A stretch of DNA of 64,000 bases from Paragordius varius (lineage: Eukaryota; Animalia; Nematomorpha), in NCBI GenBank assembly GCA_964247055.1, contig OZ176057.1:1302001-1366000 (forward strand), in the 5' to 3' direction. Below, one piece after another: positions 38,201-51,325 of the stretch. The notes beneath the pieces are model-generated. The model saw nothing but the letters and a program-made list of their open reading frames with translations. It ran no database searches and was not told the DNA's origin. Made by a program: the position numbers and the translations under genes. How positions within the stretch are numbered: position 1 is the stretch's first letter; the number at the start of each line of letters is the position of its first letter.

Positions 38201-41200
38201 CTGTTAATGTCAACATTAATGAAAACAATGTAATGAACGTTAATGAAAATTATGTGCCCTATGCCAATCAGCTGATATTGGATAGCAATAACAATATGAA
38301 TAATACCACTGATAAAGGTTGTTTGAAATATTAAAAAAAAATTTTTTATGTTAAAAATTGTAATGTTAATATTTTTAATAAATTTAATCATTAAATAGGA
38401 TAATTTTTTATTGATTAAATCGTATTTTTATTAATATTGCTTGCTTTTCAAATGTTTTTTTGCAGTAACAATATTTAGTATCTTTGTAATATTTTAATTC
38501 ATTTTTTTTACATATAAATTTATATATAAAATCAATTTTTTTGGTATTTTGAATATTATTTTTCTGCAAATATTTAGAGGTGTCAGAATTATTGACTTAC
38601 GATAAGGAAGCGTTTATGATGAGTTTGACTAAAGCGAAACGGCTTGGTAAGTAATTTATTAATTAATATACCATTTACAGTTTAATTTCACCCTTGAACA
38701 ATTCAAATTCACCCTCGAACAATTCAAATTCACCCTTGAACAATTCAAATTCACCCTCAAATATATGTTTTTTGAGATTAAAAATTACCTATATTTTATA
38801 TATTTTCCAAAAAAAAAGTTTTGTTTTAAATTAAAATAATACTGAAAAAATAATAAACTATACCATAAACATATATTTCATATTAATAATGAATTATACT
38901 ATTTGGAAAATACATAATTATTTTTAGAATGAATTTGAATTGTTCGAAGGTGAATTTGAATTGTTCAAGGGTGAATTTGAATTGTATGAGGGACTTAAAC
39001 TGTAAATGGTATATATTATAATTTTTTAGGAATTCAAAATTATTGTATCATTAAAATTATTTTTTTTTACATTTAAAACATACATATAATAAGATCAATA
39101 TTATAAAGCGATCAATAATCAAAATGTGCAAAATGAAATAGCTCAAACTGTCACGTGGCCATCTTCTCAACCAATAAAAATAGGCACCTCACATGACCAA
39201 CCACCAACCTATCAACCAATCAAATCAGACAGCACTGATCTTGAAGATCATTCTCATTCTCCAATCAAAACACAAGCGCATGACTCAAAAGTCACGTGTC
39301 CTCCATCTCTGGCATCTCAACCAATCGAAAAAGGAACCGATCCACAGAATTTATTAAGCTCTTGTTCTTACCCAGAATTCATATTTTTGGGGACGGGTAG
39401 TGCCGTACCCAACAAAACTCGTAACGTGAGTGCCATATGGTGTAATTTACGCGCGAAAAATGACATAAATTATGTAATTGAAAATGAAACTAATAATAAG
39501 ATTAATACAACAAATAATAAAATTAATGTAACCAATAATGAAATTAATGTGAACAAGAATGAAATTAATCAAAACATAATTAATGATGTTAATGAGACCA
39601 AGAATGAAATTAATGTTACCAAGAATGAAATTTATGTAACCAATAATGAAATTAATGTTACTAATAATGAAATTAATGTTACTAATAATGATGTTAATCA
39701 AAACATTAATGATGTTAATGAAACTAGTAATTGTAAGATTAATACAACAAATAATGAAATTAATCAAAACAATAATGATATTAATGAGATTTCATTGCTT
39801 TTGGATTGTGGAGAAGGTACTTTTGGACAAATGGTGCGATTTTTTGGATTCTTAAATCAAAAGTCTGAAAAGAATGGTATTTTTTATTAATTTATTAGTA
39901 TTTATACGATTTTAATGATTTTATTTTTGCTTTTATTTTAATAAACTATGTGTTGATCATTATATTTTATCTTTTTGATAATTTAAAGTACTATAAAATG
40001 TTTGATGAAAAAAATTAATCTTAATATGTTAACAAATTTTTTTATTAATTTTATTTTTACTAATATATTTTAATACATATGGAGAAAATATATGTTGATT
40101 TTTATTTAGTTAGCTATGATATTAAATAAATAGTAAAATTTATTCCTTTTTTATATAAAAAAAATAATTTCAAACTTTTTATTTATATTTTGAAAATAGA
40201 AAAAAATTATCAACTCTTCCCTAGTTATTGTCAAACACATTTGGATAATGCCCAAATTAATAGAATGTTAAATCAGCTGATCTGCATATATATCAGCCAT
40301 CTTCATGCCGACCACCATCTGGGCCTTTTACAATTCATTATGTATGAAATTATTATTATTGATTTTTTTATTTAAAATAATTAATTTTTACATAGTTTAA
40401 ATTTTTTGGTTTTTCATAATTTGTGTTTAATTTTACAACAATTTTTTTTATATTTCTATAGCTTTATAAGCTGAATTTATCATAAAAATAAATTATTTTT
40501 TTAATAGTTTTTTCATAAAAAGTTTTATAGTTTGTTATATATACCATTTACAGTCAAATTCACCCTTGAACAATTCAAATTCACCCTAAAAATAAATTAG
40601 GTATTTTCGAACTAATAAAACTCATTATTAATACTAAATATATGTTTATGTTATAGTTTATTATTTTAATTTAAAACAAAATTTTTGTTTTTTAAAAATA
40701 TATAAAAATATTGGTTATTTTTAATATTAAAAACATATATTTTATATGAGGGTCAATTTTAATTGTTTAAGGGTGAAATTGAATTGTTTGAGGGTGAAAT
40801 GAAGTGTAAATAGTATATTAGATGTTATCTATTTTTTATAATAGTTAATTTATAGTATACCTAATTTTGCAACAATGTATGTTATATATCATAAAACATT
40901 AATAAATTATCCAAAAGGGGTCTTTTGTCATATTTAAAATAATTTATATATATATATATATATATTTCAAATTCACCCTTGAACAATTCAAATTCGTTCT
41001 AAAATTAATTAGTTGTTTTCGAACTAGTATATCAATAATATGAAATATATCTTTATGGCACATATTATTTAATATTTTTTCATTATTATATTATTAATTA
41101 TTTTAAACAAAATTTTTTTTAATATAAAAATATAGGTAATTTTTTATTTTTATAAATAAATTATTTTAGGGTGAATTTGAATTGTTTAAGGGTGAATTCG

Positions 41201-44065
41201 AATTGTTCGAGGGTGAATTTGAATTGTTTAAGGGTGAGTTTAAATTGTTTAAGGTTGAATTTGAATCGTTCGAGGGTGATTTTAAATTGTTTAAGGGTGA
41301 ATTTTTAATTATTTAAGGGTGAATTTGAATTGTTCTAGGGTGAATTTATTTTGTCCAAGCGTTGATTTGAATTTTAGGGTGAATTTGAATTATTCGAGGG
41401 TGAATTTTAATTGTTTAAGGGTATTATTGTTCGAGGGTGAATTTAAATTTTCAAGGGTGAATTCGAAGTATAAATGGTATATATTAATTTTTGCTTTGCC
41501 CTATATATTTAGTGAACGGAAAAAAATATTCAAAAACAATAATATTAATAATTATAATGATAAAAATAAAAAAATACTAATAATTGGTCCAAAATCCTTA
41601 CTTAATTTTTATCGACCCTACAGTGAGAAACATGAAGAAATTATGTCAGAAATTGAGTATATTTTTTATTAACTTATTTTTAATTTTTTTTAATTTATTT
41701 TAAAATTTATTTTAAATTTTTTTTTTTCATTTTTATTACTTAAATATCAATAATATTTAGAATGTATATGGTTAAGTTATTTTTTAAAACCTGGAATTAA
41801 TATATTTATTTTTACAACAGTTATTTTATTTTTATGTAAAATATATAAAAATATTATAAATTAAATTATTTTTTAAAATATATATTATATATTAGATTTA
41901 TTCCCATACACTATTTGGTTCATAATTCAAAACATTATGAAACAACGGCTGATTACATTTGTCGGAAATTAAACTTAAAATATGTAATTTTTAAATTAAA
42001 TAAATATATATTTTTGTCAATGTTTTTAATTTTTTTAATTCTATAAATATTTATATACTATTCATTTTTTAATATTTTAAAAAATATATTGCTTTTAATT
42101 GAAACATTGATAAATTCTGTTTTTATTTTATTTTAATTGACTTAAATTTTATATTATTATTTTTATTTGTTTTTGATAACTTTAATTTTTGTTTAATTTA
42201 TTTGATTATTTTTTTTAATTTCTTTTGTAAAATTAATTTAATTATGTTTTTTATTTTTTTTTGTAAAATTAATATTTTTCTATTGTTAAATAATAATAAT
42301 TAATATTATTTAGAGGGAAATATTTATAAATAAATAGTATAATATAATCCGGAAATTTTATATATTTTAAATATATATATATATATAAATATATTTAAAA
42401 TATATATATTAATTTCCCTAAAATATATACTTATTGGTTTTTTAATTTAAATTAATTATTTTTTGAAGATTGAAACAGTTTCAGTTTATCATTACAAGCA
42501 ACCATATGGCCTTATTTTTGTCACGGAAAATGGTATATTTTTATTTTTTTTATTTTTTTTTTAATTTTTTTTACTTATTTTATATTTTTGTTTTTTTTTA
42601 ATTTTTTTACATTTTTATTTTTTTTTAATTTTTTATAATTTTATTTATAAATATATAGATATTAATGAAAAAAGGATACTAATTAATAATTTAATATAAT
42701 TTATTAAAATTTTTCTAACTTTTAATTTTTTTTGTGATTTTTCCAGCTGTTTTATAAGAACGATCATCTCAATTTTAAATAAAATTAATTCTTTCCATTA
42801 TATTAAATTAAAAAATAATAATAATAATTTAATATAATTCATTAAAAAATTTTCTAACTTTTAGTTTTTTTTCGTGATTAATTCGATAAAATTAAATGTG
42901 TTACCTATGAAAAAATTTATTTAAAAATTGCTGATGTGGATTTGCATCAAAATATTTTATTTTATCATTTAAAATCAGAATTAATTAAAATTTATTTGAA
43001 ATATATCATTTATTATTTTATAAAAACTATAAATTAAATTTTATTTATTGTAAATTAAAAAAAATGAAATTTTTAAAAAAAAATAGATCGTAAAATAGTG
43101 TATTCGGGAGATACCCTACCCTGTGAAACTCTAATAAACCGAGCCCAAAAAAGTTATCGCCGATCACCTGTTTCACTTTTAATTCACGAGGCAACCATGG
43201 AAAATGATTTGATCCAAGAAGCCTTTAAAAAACGTCACAGGTTTTTTTATACTTCGAATTTTATAATTTTATGGAAAAAATTTTAACTATATATATATAT
43301 ATATATATATATTTATAGACCATTTACAGTTCAAATTCACCCTTGAACAATTCAAATTCACCCTAAAAATAAATTATGTGTTTTCGAACTAATATAACTC
43401 ATTATTAATATAAAATATATCTTTATGGCATAATTTATTATTTTTTCAATATTATTTTAATTTACAACAAAATTTTATTTTTTAAAAATATATTAAAATA
43501 TAAGTATTTTTTAATCTTAAAAAACATGTTATTTATTTGAGGGTGAATTTGAATTGTTCGAGGGTGAATTTGAATTGTTCAAGGGTGAATTTGAATTGTT
43601 TAAGGATGAATTTAAATTGTTTAGGGTGAATTTGAACTGTAAATGGTATATATATAATAAAAATTAAAAAAAAACGGAAATATTAAAATACAAATATTTT
43701 TTATATATTATAAAATCTATATTTTTTGAACAACTAATCTTGATCACATTTTTTAATTTAACAGTATATGCATTTCGATGGTTGCTATTTCACACTATAG
43801 AATATTGGGTAATTTTAAACACAACAGTAGTATATGGAAAAAAACAACTACACAACGTTAAATAAACAATTTTTGCTTTCCTTTCCTTTACATTACATTC
43901 TGTGTGTTTTATTTTGAATATTTTGTTGTTTTTTCCATATGTTACTGTTGTATCGCAAATTAATATATAGTATGAAATAAACAACCATTATAAAATTTAT
44001 ATTGTAAACTATTGTTTTGCGTTTATATGCAATAGACAATATTAACTTATAATTTTAAATTATTA

Positions 44066-44109
<44 letters not shown>

Positions 44110-45930
44110 TTTACAGTTTAAACAATTCAAAATTACTCTTAAACAATTTAAAATTCACCCTTGAACAATTCAAGTTCACCCTCTTAAATAAAATATATGT
44201 TTTTTAAGATCAAAAAGAGTAGTATTTTTATATATTTTTTAACAAAATAAAAATTTGGTTTTATATTTAAATAATACTGAAAAAATAATGAACTTTACCA
44301 AAAACATATATTTAATTTAATGATGAGTTATATTTGACCGAAGTTTTATAATTTATTTTTAGGGTGAATTTGAATTGTTCAAGGATGAATTTGAATTGTT
44401 CAAGAAGGGTGAATTTGAATTGTTCAAGGGTGAATTTGAATAGTTCGAGGGTAAATTTGAATTGTTCAAGAAGGGAATTTGAACTGTAAATGATATATAA
44501 TTTGAATGGTTTTTGAAAAGTTTGTGGTTAAAGTGAAAAAAAATTTGTCTTTATCTATTTTCTATGTATAGTTTTAATAATCAAATTTTTAAAGAAATTT
44601 ATACGCTTTTTTATTGGAATTGATTTTTATGGCAATTTAGCACTGTAGATCAAGCTATTCAAGTCGGTCAAAATATGGGGTCAAAATTTACCCTATTAAC
44701 GCATTTCAGTCAACGATATAGTAAAATCCCTATGTTACCTTTAACACAAAGTAATGTAAATACAAATATTATTCTTGAACATTTGAAAAATAACCCGAAT
44801 TTCGATAAAAATATGAATAACCCAAACAATAATGACGAAATTTCAATAAAATCTAGTCAAATACCGCTTTGTATAACTGATAACAATTGTAAAAATGTTG
44901 GTATTGCCTTTGATAATATGAGGGTATGTATATATATATATATATATATATACGATTTTAATACTCATTTATACAGTAAAAATTTTATCATATAAAGACA
45001 AATATGTAAAAGGCGACAATTTCAAAGATAATCATATATTTTAAACTGATACATACCATTAACAATTTAAATTAACCCTTAAACAATTTAAATTCACCCT
45101 TAAACAATTTAAATTCACCCTTAAACAATTCAAATTCACCCCTTCGGATAAATTATATCTTTTTAGGATTAAAAATCTATATTTTTACATATTTTTTAAA
45201 AAAATAAAATTTTGTGTTTAATTAAGTATAGTAAATGAGTTATGTTAGTTCGAAAACACATAATTTATTATTAGGGTGAATTTTATTTGTTCTAGGGTGA
45301 ATTTTAATTGTTCAAGGGTGAATTTGAACTGTAAATGGTATATACGTGTTTAAAGAATAACGCACACCTATAATTTTGGATTACAATAATATAATAGAGT
45401 TGTGATGTAAATTGGTGACATATTTCATTAAATATTATTTTTGATTTCGGTTACATAGAATATAACAGTAAAAATTGAAAATTATAAAAAAGAATTGGTT
45501 TCAAAAGACAACTATACTTTTTAAACCTTACATATCTCTTACAAAATATACTTTATTCAAGTCAAGTCAAATTAGAATCTAAAAGGTATGGTTGGTTGGT
45601 TTGTTGGCTTTTGAAAAAAAAATAATTGGCTTATGTTTTTACATATTGTTTGTTTGTAATAATGATATTTAAATTTTTTACAGTAAGGATTAAAAAATTT
45701 ATTTATTCTTACAAAAATACCTTTTCTATAGATATAACTTAAATCGACTCTTTAAGTTAGTTTAAAATATTTTTAATTTTTCTATATTATATATCTCCTA
45801 GGTGTCATTTAATGAATTAGAAACTTTGCCATACTTGTTGGAACCACTGGGGTATTTATTTGCCCCTGAAATTGCTGATATGAAATTAAGAACTAGTCGC
45901 CTTATAACACGAAAAAATAATTGTGATTGA
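30510..45930 (+). CDS. ELAC2: tRNase Z long form / zinc phosphodiesterase ELAC2, copy B, 18 exons, about 1157 aa
   Basis: Exons 30510-30739, 31185-31258, 31623-31790, 32154-32491, 33268-33390, 33704-33872, 35322-35406, 37505-37731 (donor uncertain), 38114-38317, 38578-38646, 39094-39876, 40200-40341, 41513-41656, 41896-41983, 42469-42532, 43087-43240, 44641-44923, 45802-45930; sum 3474 nt, phases consistent. Motifs YMFNVGEGIQR, FLGTGSAVP, LLDCGEGT, HLHADHH, YSGDT, HEAT, THFSQRY, AFDNM. Confidence 0.93.
33887..34971. repeat. 21-bp minisatellite (cttgaacatttcaagttggtc, about 34 units, 33908-34615) inside a MITE-like element
   Basis: Array flanked by tatcatttgcactttaagaatgtcctt and its reverse complement at 34940-34971, TA on both sides. 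Confidence 0.88.
36991..37438. mobile_element. MITE family 1 copy with expanded right-hand repeats
   Basis: Complete TIRs; about 10 repeat units at the right end. Confidence 0.85.
37750..38102. mobile_element. MITE family 1 (TACCATTTAC..GTAAATGGTA TIR, 21-bp subterminal repeats), copy in ELAC2 intron 8
   Basis: TIRs with arrays of gggtgaatttgaattgttcaa; TA on both sides. Other copies at about 1267-1562, 10043-10309, 11036-11283, 24923-25242, 27578-27922, 32815-33219, 36596-36822, 36991-37438, 38669-39011, 40542-40815, 40960-41479, 43317-43648, 44105-44494, 45054-45340, 49809-50114. Confidence 0.9.
38669..39011. mobile_element. MITE family 1 copy making up most of ELAC2 intron 10
   Basis: Starts 22 nt after the donor; occupies about 345 of 447 intron nt. 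Confidence 0.85.
39480..39790 (+). repeat. Coding 21-nt repeat (TNNEINV-like heptads) inside ELAC2 exon 11
   Basis: Repeated aataatgaaattaatgt units, in frame and without stops. Confidence 0.8.
40960..41479. mobile_element. MITE family 1 copy with degenerate left end and expanded right repeats
   Basis: Core sequence plus about 15 degenerate 21-mers ending in aaatggta. Confidence 0.75.
43317..43648. mobile_element. MITE family 1 copy
   Basis: Complete TIRs next to an (AT)n tract. Confidence 0.85.
45054..45340. mobile_element. MITE family 1 copy, specific to duplication copy B
   Basis: Complete TIRs; matching site in copy A (about 40-55) is an (AT)n tract without the element. Confidence 0.85.
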
Positions 45931-46502
45931 TCATAACAAATTTAACAAAAAAGAAAGCAAAGCTTTTATATATTAAAACTTATATCGTCTCTGGACTCAA
46001 AAGTTAAAAATGCTCAAGTTTTGAATATCTTCTGAATTATATCTGTTTGTATTTGATTTTATTGATGAAAATAATTGAATTATATAATTAGAATGCAATC
46101 AAAATGTGTAATTTACTTATCATAAATATATATATATACATATATATTGTTTTTTAATTTTAAAATTAATTTTATCTATGCTAATATTTCATTAGGACTA
46201 TCAGCTCCTCAATTTGGGTTTTTTAGAATTTGATAAATTGTGCATCGTAATCGTTAATCGGACTTGTCATTGTAATCATCCTTGAAATACAAAATATTCA
46301 ACAGTATTTTTTTGGGTTTTATATGTGGTTCTATAAAAATACATAACTAGAGAAAATACATTAAGTATACGATGCGCGTTAAATTATGTTAAGTTTTGAT
46401 TGGAAAAGAAAAATTTGGGTTTGTCATCATAAATTGCGTTTTTGAAAAAATTAAGAATATTTAATTACCTTTTAAGTAAAATCTCAAATTTTTGGACATT
46501 AA

Positions 46503-47073
46503 CACTTCGATTCGAATTGGGGTATCTAAATACCCCAGACAATATTTAAATTGATATTTTTAAAAAACTACTGAAAGAATTGGTTCCAAACATAATTTTT
46601 GCTTTTATCCTAATATAAATTTTAATTTGCCAAATTTTTAAATAAAACTTTGTTTTAAAAAAAAGTTCCATGTCAAACTACTTCGACGCCATTTTTATTT
46701 TACGAAAATTTTGCAAAATATCGTCTTCATTTAATTTTAAGGGTAAAATTAAAGCTATTTTTTTATTAAATTACATCTAACATTGATAGAAATAGAAAAA
46801 TGGTTTATTTTGTATTTTTAATTTTACCATTGCACGCATGACACGTTGACGAAATTTTTACCTTTCGGTTTTAGCTTAAAACAAAAAATATCAAGTATTT
46901 TTGCATAAAATTTTTTATATATTTCGGCTTATTAATGTAATATAAGTGCATAATTTTGCCATGGTTTCGATTCCTTCCATATTTTTTAAAGAATTTAATT
47001 TTAAACACGCCTGGGGTATTTAACTACCTCAATTTGAATCGAAGGACTAAAATAAATGTGTTGTATCTAAGGG
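46503..47073. mobile_element. Family 3 piggyBac-like element, specific to copy B
   Basis: TTAA on both sides; not present in the matching region (about 1040-1110) of copy A. Confidence 0.8.
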
Positions 47074-47156
47074 TTAATGGCAAAATATTTGTGAAAAATA
47101 CGAATGAATGACTGTATTTAGAATATGGCATTAAATTTAGATATTATCATGTAGGC

Positions 47157-49576
47157 CAGTGGTACTCACCAAAAAAATTTGACGGGCCAAATAAAACATT
47201 TTTTTTTCAAGGGCCATGAACCTTATAATGGCAAATATTCCATAGCTATTTGACAACGCACATATTTATACTTTAAATCAGCACAATAAATTTTTTGCGG
47301 GTCGCATGTAAATCCAGCTAAAAATTCGTTTTGTACCATTTAGTTTTAAAAATTAAAATATATTGATAACAAATATTAACCAATAATTTTTGACAAATTT
47401 GGTTTCGCCTCATGGCAGGCCATTCTCAATACGTCGTCCATATGATCATTAGTTAAGCGATTTCTGTAAGTATTCTTAATATACTTCATTTTTGAATATG
47501 CCGTCTCACATGTGTAAGTTGATGGAAAAATAGTTAAGACAACTTGAGCACATTTTTTTATATTTTCATATTTATTTGGCACAACTTGCCAAAACTCTAC
47601 ATATCTTTCTTCTCTACGGTTTTCCTTAAATATAGCTTCCAAATTGGAATCATTTTTAAAATCAACGAATTCTTCAATGATAACCGCCTGATCAAAACCG
47701 AAAAGCTCAAGTTGCTTAATATTGGATATATCCATATGCCATGGATTTTCCACTAGCTTTAAGCAATTTTTTATATTTTTTAATTCTTGAAATCTGAATT
47801 TCATCTCATTAGATAAAAATGTTAAATGATTGTCTATTATTAACTTAATATCCGCGGTAAATTCCATATTTTCTTTATGAATCGTTTTGAGTGTTGGAAA
47901 ATGTAGGAGTGTTTTATCTATAAAATCTTGTTTATATATTATTAATTTTTCTTCAAAAGCAAATATATGATTAGCAAATTGGGTTATTATTTTGCTCCCT
48001 TGAAGACTTGTATTAAAAGTACTAAGTTTATAAGTAATGTCGCAAAGGTAGGCTAATAAAACCCACCATTTGTCACTATTAATTTCCTCGTCAAACTTTC
48101 TGTTATCTTTTATAAATAATAGAATTTCATGTCTTAAATCAAAAAATCTATTCAATACTTTGCTAAGGCTTAGCCATCTCACAGCGGTGTACAAAAGAAT
48201 ATCATCAAACTCACTGTGGATATCTTTCAGAAGGTTTTTGAATTTACGGTGATTGAATTCTCTGCCACGGATGTAGTTAACTATATCCACAACCGTTTTA
48301 ATTACTAAATTTAGTGATTCATCTTTTACACGCGAAACCAAGTTTTGCTGATGAATAAAGCAGTGAAAGGATAATAGATTTTGCAAATTATATTTGTTTT
48401 TTAAAAGAGAAATAAATTCCAATCATAGAGGGACAGCCATCTGTGCAGATCGAAACCAATTTTTTCATAGATATACCATTATTATCGAAAAAGGTGCTAA
48501 TTACTTCAAGAAAATCACTGCCTTTTGTGGTATTATTCATTGGTAAAAATTTCAAATATTCCTCGCTGATTATGTTGTCGTTGCAAAATCTCACGAAGAG
48601 CGCACATTGAGGTGTTGAACTTATATCAGTGCTGGAATCGATTGCAATACTGAAGTATTTGCAATTTTTCAGAGCCAATAATGTATTGTTAAAAATATAT
48701 TTAGATATATCTTCAATGCGTCGAGCACATGTTGAATCAGAAAGTTGAAGTTTTTTAATTTGCCTCATGATTTGATCTTTATTATGGAATTTATCAAATA
48801 AAAAAGTGCAACCATTTATTAAACATTCTTTTATAAGTTGGGAATCAGTAAACGGTTTTATATTTTCTAAAATATAGCATATTTCATACGAAGCTAATGT
48901 TACAGCTTTTTCCTGGGAAAAAGCTATGGCCATAATAGATTTTTCTTTCTCGTATAATTCCTTAAAATTTTTATATTTTTCATTTCTTTCCTCAAGATTT
49001 TCTGGTAATTTATGAGAATGATGGATTTTAAAATGTCTTTCAATATTGAATTTTTTGATAATTATATTGTCCTTGCATATAAGGCAGGTAGCAACATTGT
49101 TATTTAAAACTACAAAAAAACTAGTTTCCCATTCTTTTTTAAAGGAGCGATTTTCATCGGATAATTTACGTTTTTTGGCATTAGATGTCATCCTTTGAAT
49201 TTATATTTAAATATTATGTAAAAAAGATAGGAATATAAATTGAATTATGCTATAAAAAACAAGTCGAAATTTAATGATATTGAGTTGAAAATATTTTATG
49301 AGAATGAGTTTTAAAAATGATGCAGGATAATAAAATGTATGTGCAATGGGTGAAAACAAAAAAGAAATGCAATAAAAATTTCAAAAAGAAAAGAAGAAGA
49401 AACAACGTGTGCCCATAAATCATAAATTTTAAAATCATTTTAATGTAGAAAATTTTTCTACATTTCAAATTGGGTAAAAAATAAATATTATTTAAAAAAA
49501 AATATCAGTCATAGTGCATTTTTAAAGCGCACTTAGGGCCGCATGCGGCCCGCGGGCCGCGGTTTGAGTATCACTG
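47157..49576 (-). mobile_element. hAT DNA transposon (Buster/Charlie/SPIN clade), 2420 bp
   Basis: TIRs CAGTGGTACTCA / TGAGTATCACTG; perfect 8-bp TSD ATGTAGGC (47149-47156, 49577-49584) with central TA; GC-rich subterminal GGCCGCATGCGGCCCGCGGGCC; empty site catgtaggtc at about 1155 in copy A. Confidence 0.95.
47376..49191 (-). pseudogene. hAT transposase (GTF2IRD2/EPM2AIP1-like), split by one frameshift at about 48388-48422
   Basis: ORF 49191-48388 (NLS AKKRK, CxxC..H zinc finger, SIAID, TDGCPSMIG) overlaps ORF 48422-47376 (HCFIHQQ, VRWLS, CETAYS) in a different frame; DDE residues present. Confidence 0.88.
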
Positions 49577-50601
49577 ATGTAGGCCATTTCTTAGGGTTTA
49601 AATTTCCATCTTTTACTTTATGGACATCATACATGAACAACAATAAATGTAAATAAAGTAGAGAAAATAAAAAATTTATTAAAATCTCAAATTTTTGCAC
49701 ATTAAATAAATGATTAAGTAAGAAGCCTTTGTGCCAAAATTTAACATTTTAATATATATATTTATTTAAAATTTTACCTTATTCACGACGTGTGTACCAA
49801 ACTTTTATATACCATTTACAGTAGTACAAATTCACCCTTGAACAATTTTCACATTACAATTCATATTCACCGTCGAACAATTTAAATTCACCCTAAAATA
49901 AAATATGTGTTTTTTAAAATTAAAACTTACCTATATTTATTTATATTTTTTAAAAAAATGAAATTGTGTTCAGAATTATATAATACTGAAAATAATAATA
50001 AACTAATCCATAAAAATATATTTTATACTAATGATGAGATATATTAGCCCGAAAACACAATAAATTTTTAGATTGGAATTGTTCAATTGAGGGTGAATGT
50101 GAATTGTAAATGATATATAAAAACCTTCGTCGTTACCAATATTCAATTTTTAATATGTCTTAAGATATTTCATATTTATCTTTAATAACATTCGGCTCTA
50201 AATTAATACTAAGACCAAAAACTAATTAATTTTAAAGAGTAAAAACTAAAATTTTAGATGGTATAAATTATAAAAACAAAGTAATGTATAAACTCGTATA
50301 TATAAAATTTTAAGGACAGAACGTGATTTTAAACGATAATTTTTTAAAGTAGCTAATATTTTGATTGTATATAAAACCAAAATCATAATTGAGTTAGTTA
50401 CCACGTTTTTTATAACTTTATATCGTAGGGCGAAATAAACTTTTTTGTCAATATACTCTGGTACAGTGGTGTTCAAGAGGGAGCGTAAAAAAATTGGGGG
50501 TGTCAAAAATTTGGTGAAACTTATAAAATTAAATATAATCTTTACTTAATAATGGTTTATATAATATTATTTAACACTTTGATTCAAATTGGGGTTTTTA
50601 A

Positions 50602-51325
50602 CACTTCGATTTAAATTAGGGTGTCTAAATACCCCAGACTATATTTAAATATATATTTTTAAAAAACTGAAAGAAATGGTCCCAATTTTAATTTATGCTT
50701 CTATCCTAATCAAAATTATATAAATAAGCCGAAATATCCAAAAAAATTTGGTTTTGGAAAATTACACATCTTACTTCGACGCCATTTTTATTTTACAACA
50801 TTTTTGCAAAATATCGTGTTTAGTTGATTTTAAACTAAAAAACTGTAAGAAATGGTCCCAATTTAAATTTATGCTTCTATCCTAATCAAAATTATATAAA
50901 TAAGCCGAAATATCCAAAAAAATTTGGTTTTGGAAAAAAGGTTACATATCAAATTACTTCGATGCCATTTTTATTTTACAACATTTTTGCAAAACATCGT
51001 GTTTAGTTGATTTTAAATTAAAATGAAAGCTAATTTTTCATTTAATCACATCTAACATTAAAAGAAAAAATGGTTTATTTTTTATTATTATATAATTTAG
51101 TTAATGCCATGTCATGTTGACTATATTTTTAAAAATAAGTAATATCAAGTATTTTTGAATTAAAATTTTTATATATTTCGGTTCATTAATGTTATAAATG
51201 TGCAAATTTTTGCCAAGGTATCAATGCATTCCATATTTATTGAATTATTTAATTTTTAACAGACCTGGTTTATTCAACAACCGATTTGAATCGAAGGACT
51301 AAAATGGATTTGTTGTATTTAAGTG
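50602..51325. mobile_element. Family 3 element nested at a TTAA inside another family 3 copy
   Basis: Copy A has ggggtattTTAAgaccctgg (about 2138-2158); copy B has TTAA[element]TTAAgaccctgg; internal ~175-bp tandem duplication. Confidence 0.85.

Noticed and set aside
39480-39790. Origin of the ELAC2 Asn-rich 21-nt repeat from the MITE 21-mer
   Set aside because: The period is the same, but the similarity is limited to low-complexity A/T strings and no TIR remnants flank it.
48388-48422. Programmed ribosomal frameshift in the hAT transposase
   Set aside because: The shift needed is +1, there is no canonical slippery heptamer in frame, and residues appear to be missing. A deletion is the simpler explanation.
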